Shown here one piece after another: positions 46,653-51,289 of a DNA stretch of 51,289 bases. The stretch's first letter is position 1. Every line of letters begins with the position of its first letter. The translations under genes and the position numbers were made by a program. The notes beneath the pieces were generated by a model that saw only the letters and a program-made list of their open reading frames with translations, did not search any database and was not told the DNA's origin. The stretch covers positions 1 to 51,289 of the IMG/VR virus record IMGVR_UViG_3300018062_000001, one strand, 5' to 3'. The DNA is from a virus. Its lineage: Duplodnaviria; Caudoviricetes.

Positions 46653-46947
46653 ATTTCAAAGCGATTTTTCATCTTGAAAATGAAAATAATAGTGAAATCT
46701 GAGAAAACTGCTAGATTTTTATTTTTGTTTTTTCTTTGTAAATATATGAAAACTAACAGTTTTCTCATGTTTTTAAAAATGTTGTTATTCCTCCCCCTAC
46801 ACCTCCCGGGGTGTATCTTTTGGAATTTTGTTTATATTTTTTTTTTATAAACAAATTTCCATATAAGACGGGGGGAGGGTCTGGGGGAGTGCTAGAAACA
46901 ATTTCGTAACACACTCTAAGTCCCGGAAAACAAACGACTTCCCGGCC

Positions 46948-46976
46948 TTGACAGGGCAGAAAATTTCACACAGAAT
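46948..46976 (+). promoter_or_regulatory. Candidate sigma70 promoter
   Basis: TTGACA-17 nt-CAGAAT. Confidence 0.45.
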
Positions 46977-47015
46977 TATAGGAGATACACAATAAGACAG
47001 TAAGGAGATAAAAAT

Positions 47016-47201
47016 ATGGGTGAATTCTGGTGGATAAAAAATAAAGAAACTGTAAGTTATTCAATAGTTTTTAGAACAAAAAACGGAACTCTCTTTATTG
47101 GAGATTCTCATTGTTATAAAGACTCCGAAATTCCACATTATGAATTTATACAACGTGTTACAAATTTATATGTGGAAATGAAAATTGTATGTAATTACTA
47201 A
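47016..47201 (+). CDS. Hypothetical protein
   Basis: AAGGAG RBS. Confidence 0.65.
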   Translation: MGEFWWIKNKETVSYSIVFRTKNGTLFIGDSHCYKDSEIPHYEFIQRVTNLYVEMKIVCNY

Positions 47202-47219
47202 AACTATTAGTAATTACAT

Positions 47220-47633
47220 ATGTCACAAAAATTAATAAAAAGGAGAAAAAATATGTCAGCAGACAATGGCATCTATATTCTCAAAACTCCAAGACATGAA
47301 GATAAACATGAGCAAATACTTGACGGAAATATATTTGAATATCGTGTTGCTCATGCTCAAGCGATTGAAAATATCTATTGGGAATATGAGGATGGAAACC
47401 CAGAAGAAATAATCATATATTTTGGTGGATGTGAGATAATGAAAGAAAAAGAAGCACATGAAGAGGCATTTAGATTAGAACACAAAATTATTTCTGATCC
47501 AATTTGTCCAATTCTTGAATATGGAATTTCAACAATAGAATTACCACATTCATTCAAATATTATCAAGAAATATTTGGAAAACTTCCAAAATGCAGTAAA
47601 TGTAATCATTCATTCTCACTTTGTTATTGCTAA
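47220..47633 (+). CDS. Phage hypothetical protein (start likely MSADNG, 47253)
   Basis: MSADNGIYIL, YRVAHAQAIEN, ILEYGI; AAGGAG before 47253. Confidence 0.75.
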   Translation: MSQKLIKRRKNMSADNGIYILKTPRHEDKHEQILDGNIFEYRVAHAQAIENIYWEYEDGNPEEIIIYFGGCEIMKEKEAHEEAFRLEHKIISDPICPILEYGISTIELPHSFKYYQEIFGKLPKCSKCNHSFSLCYC

Positions 47634-48660
47634 TTTTATGATTCCCAACGAAGCAACAAAAGATCAATTTTGTCGTTGTCTGCGACTAATGAATCATATT
47701 CATTGCACAGAATGTGGTTCTCCTTCCATTTATGTCTTATCCAAAAAGAAAACTTCTCATTTAATAGAAGATATAAACGGAAATAAAATCATCAAGGAAT
47801 TTATAGTTTTCAGATGCAGAACATGCAGTCATGTATTTGACAAATACGAATTTCTTTATGAATGTGAAGCTGAAGAAAAGAAAACCGCAGGACAACGACA
47901 CGCGGAAAAAGTAAAACAGCTTTTACAAAATCTAGAGGATGGAATAAAATTAAGTAAAGAAGAAAGACGATACATAAATGAACATTCTCCTCTAAAATAC
48001 GAAGAAATAAAAGCTGCATTAGACAGAAAAAAACAAAGACTTCAAGATCAAAAATTAGAGGACTTTGCAAAAAATTTTGAAACATTAACACCAGAAGAAC
48101 AAAAAATTGCTGATAAACAACAAGAAGAAAAAGAAGAACAAAAAGAAATACAAGAATCAGAAATAAGACAAGCGGAAATAGCTGCAAATTTAGCTAAATC
48201 TCCAACAGAAAGACTAAAACATATTCGTTTTGTACGTAGAAAAAGAAATGAATCAATAATTGTAGAAACTTTAGAACAACGAGAACAAAGATTGTATGAA
48301 CTTGCTTTAGAAATAATAAAAGATCATGGAAAGACAGAGCATCCCGAATATATACAAGTTCTTGAAAAAAGAGGACTAGATAGATTCGGGAATAAAATAC
48401 AACAAGAACTAAAACAACAAGAATCTCAACAAGCTCAAGAAACCCAACAAAAGGAAACCCAACAAAATGGACACGGAGATAACAGTTCTACAAGCAATAT
48501 TAGTAATATTCACAGTGATTCCACTTTGGATCCTAATAACAATAATATGGAATCTAAAGAACAAAAAAGAAAACCAGGACGACCAGTAGAATTTGAGGGA
48601 AATTTGACAGATGAAGATTTAAGAAATTTACCGGGAGTTATGGAAATATCAAACAAATAA
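47575..48660 (+). CDS. Zn-ribbon / coiled-coil protein (start likely 47638)
   Basis: HCTECGS...CRTCSH; Q/E-rich C-terminus. Confidence 0.7.
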   Translation: MENFQNAVNVIIHSHFVIANFMIPNEATKDQFCRCLRLMNHIHCTECGSPSIYVLSKKKTSHLIEDINGNKIIKEFIVFRCRTCSHVFDKYEFLYECEAEEKKTAGQRHAEKVKQLLQNLEDGIKLSKEERRYINEHSPLKYEEIKAALDRKKQRLQDQKLEDFAKNFETLTPEEQKIADKQQEEKEEQKEIQESEIRQAEIAANLAKSPTERLKHIRFVRRKRNESIIVETLEQREQRLYELALEIIKDHGKTEHPEYIQVLEKRGLDRFGNKIQQELKQQESQQAQETQQKETQQNGHGDNSSTSNISNIHSDSTLDPNNNNMESKEQKRKPGRPVEFEGNLTDEDLRNLPGVMEISNK

Positions 48661-48662
48661 AT

Positions 48663-48893
48663 ATGATATTTCTAGACCCTACAAAAAGGAGAAATAACAT
48701 GATTAAAAATACATTTTACAAAGTATCAAAAGAAATGGGGAACGTAAAAGATTATAACTACAACTATATAGTAACTGATACAACAACAGAAAGTATAATT
48801 GCGTTTTGTCATGATAAACAAGATGCAACATTAATTAAACGCGCTCTAAATCACTATTCACTTAAATTAGCAAAAAAAGTTCCAAAATGTTAA
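48663..48893 (+). CDS. Hypothetical protein
   Basis: AAGGAG before internal ATG. Confidence 0.55.
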   Translation: MIFLDPTKRRNNMIKNTFYKVSKEMGNVKDYNYNYIVTDTTTESIIAFCHDKQDATLIKRALNHYSLKLAKKVPKC

Positions 48894-48954
48894 AAGAATA
48901 AATAAATTATGAAATAAGATATGATTAAATACTTATACCCAAAATTCAGTTAAT

Positions 48955-49164
48955 TTGCAAATTTTGAGGAATAAAAATATGCGCGAAGATTTACAAATCG
49001 TCTTCCATAATCCACTACCACAGTTTACAAACTTTAATTTAATATCAAAACTTCAATTAGAATATGGACTTTCTCATAAACAAGCAAAAATTTTTACAAA
49101 CTGGAAAGAACAAAAAGAAAGAATACAAAAATTAGCGAAGAAAGTAATTCCAATAACATTTTAA
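48955..49164 (+). CDS. Hypothetical protein (start likely MREDL)
   Basis: GAGG RBS. Confidence 0.55.
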   Translation: MQILRNKNMREDLQIVFHNPLPQFTNFNLISKLQLEYGLSHKQAKIFTNWKEQKERIQKLAKKVIPITF

Positions 49165-49180
49165 AAAGGACATAAAAGCC

Positions 49181-49354
49181 ATGAATTTTCAAGAATATAT
49201 ATCTCAACCAAAAAGAATAATTACTCCACAAATGAAATTTGAAGATTTCTTAGATAAAAATCAAATAATAGGGCAAACAGCAATGACATTAAGAGCAATA
49301 TATTTAGAAGCATTATATCAGGAGAAACATCCCAGACAGTTTTGTGGATTATAA
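49181..49354 (+). CDS. Small hypothetical protein (57 aa)
   Basis: AAGGA RBS; MNFQEYISQP...; fills the gap. Confidence 0.55.
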   Translation: MNFQEYISQPKRIITPQMKFEDFLDKNQIIGQTAMTLRAIYLEALYQEKHPRQFCGL

Positions 49355-49763
49355 CATGCTCCAATATCTAAAACCTCTAAAAGAATTAATGGATGTATGT
49401 TCAGAAAATCCTTTAATACATTCCACATATATGCACGAACCACAAACAAAATGGAATGTTATTAAAACAGGAATAGCTCAATTAGTATTTACACTTGATT
49501 TTAAACAGAATCCAACAACAAATGAGTCTGAAATTCAAGACCGTCAAAATAAAATATTAGATTTTATAAATTCTCACTATCAAAATTTAATCCAAGATCA
49601 AAAAGATTCTGACGTATTTGTAAAAGGAAATTTAATACCTTGGCGTCTACATGATACTCATTTTCATGTAGACTTAAAAGAGTATATTCAATGTCCTTTT
49701 ACATGTATGCCAGAAATAAGCGAGATGTTAGAAAAAATCATAAAAAAGATAGAGGAAATATGA
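49344..49763 (+). CDS. Hypothetical protein
   Basis: ORF in operon. Confidence 0.6.
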   Translation: MDYNMLQYLKPLKELMDVCSENPLIHSTYMHEPQTKWNVIKTGIAQLVFTLDFKQNPTTNESEIQDRQNKILDFINSHYQNLIQDQKDSDVFVKGNLIPWRLHDTHFHVDLKEYIQCPFTCMPEISEMLEKIIKKIEEI

Positions 49764-49903
49764 AATTTTTACTTTTAGTAAAAAATAAAAACAAACAAAT
49801 TAATAGAGTAAAAACAATATTAATTAATCATATCTGGATTAATCACGATAAAGAAAATTGTTTCGTGTGTACAATAATTAAAAATTAAAAGGAGCCAACA
49901 AAA

Positions 49904-50242
49904 ATGAAAACAGTAGTCTTAGCACTAGTAACAAAAGTAACACAAGAAAGAAGATATTTATACTCAATTGAAAGAGCAAAACATGAACAAAAATATGGAA
50001 AAGAGTCAGTAGATTCATTTGGATATGCAAACACAAAATCAACAGAATTAAAAATTCAAGAAAATAAATATGGTATTAATGGTACAATTATCGTTGATAA
50101 TATATTTCTTCCCTATGGCGCATTATTCCCTCTTACAGTAGACCTAGAAAACAAAATTTCTACTGAAAAACTTGCTTCACAAGTGCAAGAAACTACTGAA
50201 CTTGTTGATCGAGTTTTAGAAAAAAGTGAAAAATCATTCTAA
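49904..50242 (+). CDS. Hypothetical protein
   Basis: AAGGAGCCA RBS. Confidence 0.7.
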   Translation: MKTVVLALVTKVTQERRYLYSIERAKHEQKYGKESVDSFGYANTKSTELKIQENKYGINGTIIVDNIFLPYGALFPLTVDLENKISTEKLASQVQETTELVDRVLEKSEKSF

Positions 50243-50247
50243 ATTAC

Positions 50248-50276
50248 TTGACAAGCTCTCCCTCATCTAATATACT
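50248..50276 (+). promoter_or_regulatory. Strong sigma70 promoter
   Basis: TTGACA-17 nt-TATACT. Confidence 0.8.
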
Positions 50277-50282
50277 GTACTT

Positions 50283-50442
50283 GCTCTTAGGATAGAGTCC
50301 CCGGCACCGGAGGGTAAAATCTGGTGCAGTTTTATTAGAGTAGTTATCTCCAAGAATGGTATAGGTTGTTTACTATACTGTGGCTTGGTTATTATTTCCC
50401 GAATCTTTGACGAAAGATAGGGTTATTATAAGATAACTACTC
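50283..50442 (+). ncRNA. Candidate structured leader/ncRNA
   Basis: 12-bp stem 50338-49/50431-42 enclosing two hairpins; upstream hairpin 50304-27. Confidence 0.55.
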
Positions 50443-50492
50443 CATTAAAATTAATTTTAATTAAAATAAAAACAAAGGAGCTACAAAATAAT

Positions 50493-51062
50493 ATGACCGA
50501 AGCAACAAAAACCGCACCACAAGCAACACAGGCTGTAGAAGATTATTCTACAGAACGTGAAACTATTATATTTGGATTTAATGTAATAAAAGAAAAGGAT
50601 GAAAAAACAGGACAAGAAAAAATAGTAAAAACTCCTGCTTTATATAGTCCTAATAAAGCAGAAGAACTTGAAAAAGAAGGAAAATTTACTTGTCCAGACG
50701 AATTAAATTGCGGTATTGTAGATGTAGTTATACGATACCCTAAAACATTAGAAGCTCTTTTAAAGATGGCAGATACACCAGAAAAACAAAAGGAGCTTGT
50801 AGATAATCATAATCGTGGTGCATCAGTAAAAGTTGGTAATAGATTACGTTCTAAAGTTCTTGTTCTTGATGACGATGGAAAATTTTCATTATCTGAAAAA
50901 GACGCTCCTAATGGAGTTATTGATCTTACTGATGAAATTCTCTCTGAGAGTAAACGTAGAGTTCTAACTCTCGAAGAGAAGTTTGATCGCTTTGTCAAGG
51001 ATAATAATTTTACGCCTGAAGTTGCTGCAAAGATGAAAGCAATTTGGATGGCTTCAAATTAA
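50493..51062 (+). CDS. Hypothetical protein, probably highly expressed
   Basis: Own promoter, AAGGAGCTA RBS and terminator. Confidence 0.8.
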   Translation: MTEATKTAPQATQAVEDYSTERETIIFGFNVIKEKDEKTGQEKIVKTPALYSPNKAEELEKEGKFTCPDELNCGIVDVVIRYPKTLEALLKMADTPEKQKELVDNHNRGASVKVGNRLRSKVLVLDDDGKFSLSEKDAPNGVIDLTDEILSESKRRVLTLEEKFDRFVKDNNFTPEVAAKMKAIWMASN

Positions 51063-51128
51063 TAAATCTTCATCATTAGATAATTTGTAACTTATCAATG
51101 GTGAGGTAGTGCTTAATCAATACGATAC

Positions 51129-51167
51129 ATAGGCTAGAGTAGAAATATTCTAGCCTATATTTTTTTT
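51129..51167 (+). terminator. Rho-independent terminator
   Basis: ATAGGCTAGAGTA-GAAA-TATTCTAGCCTAT followed by a T-tract. Confidence 0.85.
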
Positions 51168-51289
51168 ATCTAAAAGTTATATAATCTCAAATTGAGATAG
51201 TCTCCATACTGTTGATTCTAAAGAATTTAGAAGTATTGACATTATAGACAAGACTTTGGTATTCTAATAAAATCTAGAGAGGATTAAAA
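51167..51289. repeat. Terminal direct repeat (circular assembly overlap), copy 2
   Basis: Identical to 1-123. Confidence 0.97.

Noticed and set aside
444-50998. Numerous antisense or alternative-frame ORFs in the track (e.g. 3243..3563, 12682..13191, 25437..25853, 47810..48187)
   Set aside because: They lie inside well-supported genes, lack RBS and motifs, and in the antisense cases oppose the operon direction

Overview
The window is a complete, circularly assembled AT-rich (about 30% GC by eye) tailed dsDNA phage genome of 51,166 bp; bases 1-123 are repeated at 51167-51289. The architecture is podovirus-like and no integrase is visible. The + strand arm (about 46.0 kb, through the origin, to 16.96 kb) carries early and replication genes: J-domain, vWA, FtsK-like ATPase, RHH regulator, PD-(D/E)XK nuclease/AAA/SSB module, a family-A DNA polymerase split into two distant genes, dCTP deaminase, DUF3987-type ATPase, HNH and a GroES with a zinc finger. 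The - strand arm (45.2 to 16.97 kb) is the late region: TerS, TerL, holin-like genes, portal, scaffold, capsid, tail and ejection proteins, fibres and a PurD-like ATP-grasp enzyme. Protein styles suggest an Acidobacteriota-like diderm host (inference only). Most notable: (1) a small structured RNA carrying a 16S-3'-end-like anti-SD that is complementary to an extended AAGGAGCYA ribosome-binding motif found at about 8 phage genes; (2) three further 160-205 nt structured non-coding elements; (3) several Cys-rich virion-type proteins with Sec signal peptides; (4) a DnaJ-type zinc finger inserted in the GroES mobile loop; (5) an un-called LuxR-type HTH gene that has only AUA start codons. All product calls come from motif recognition by eye, not from database searches.
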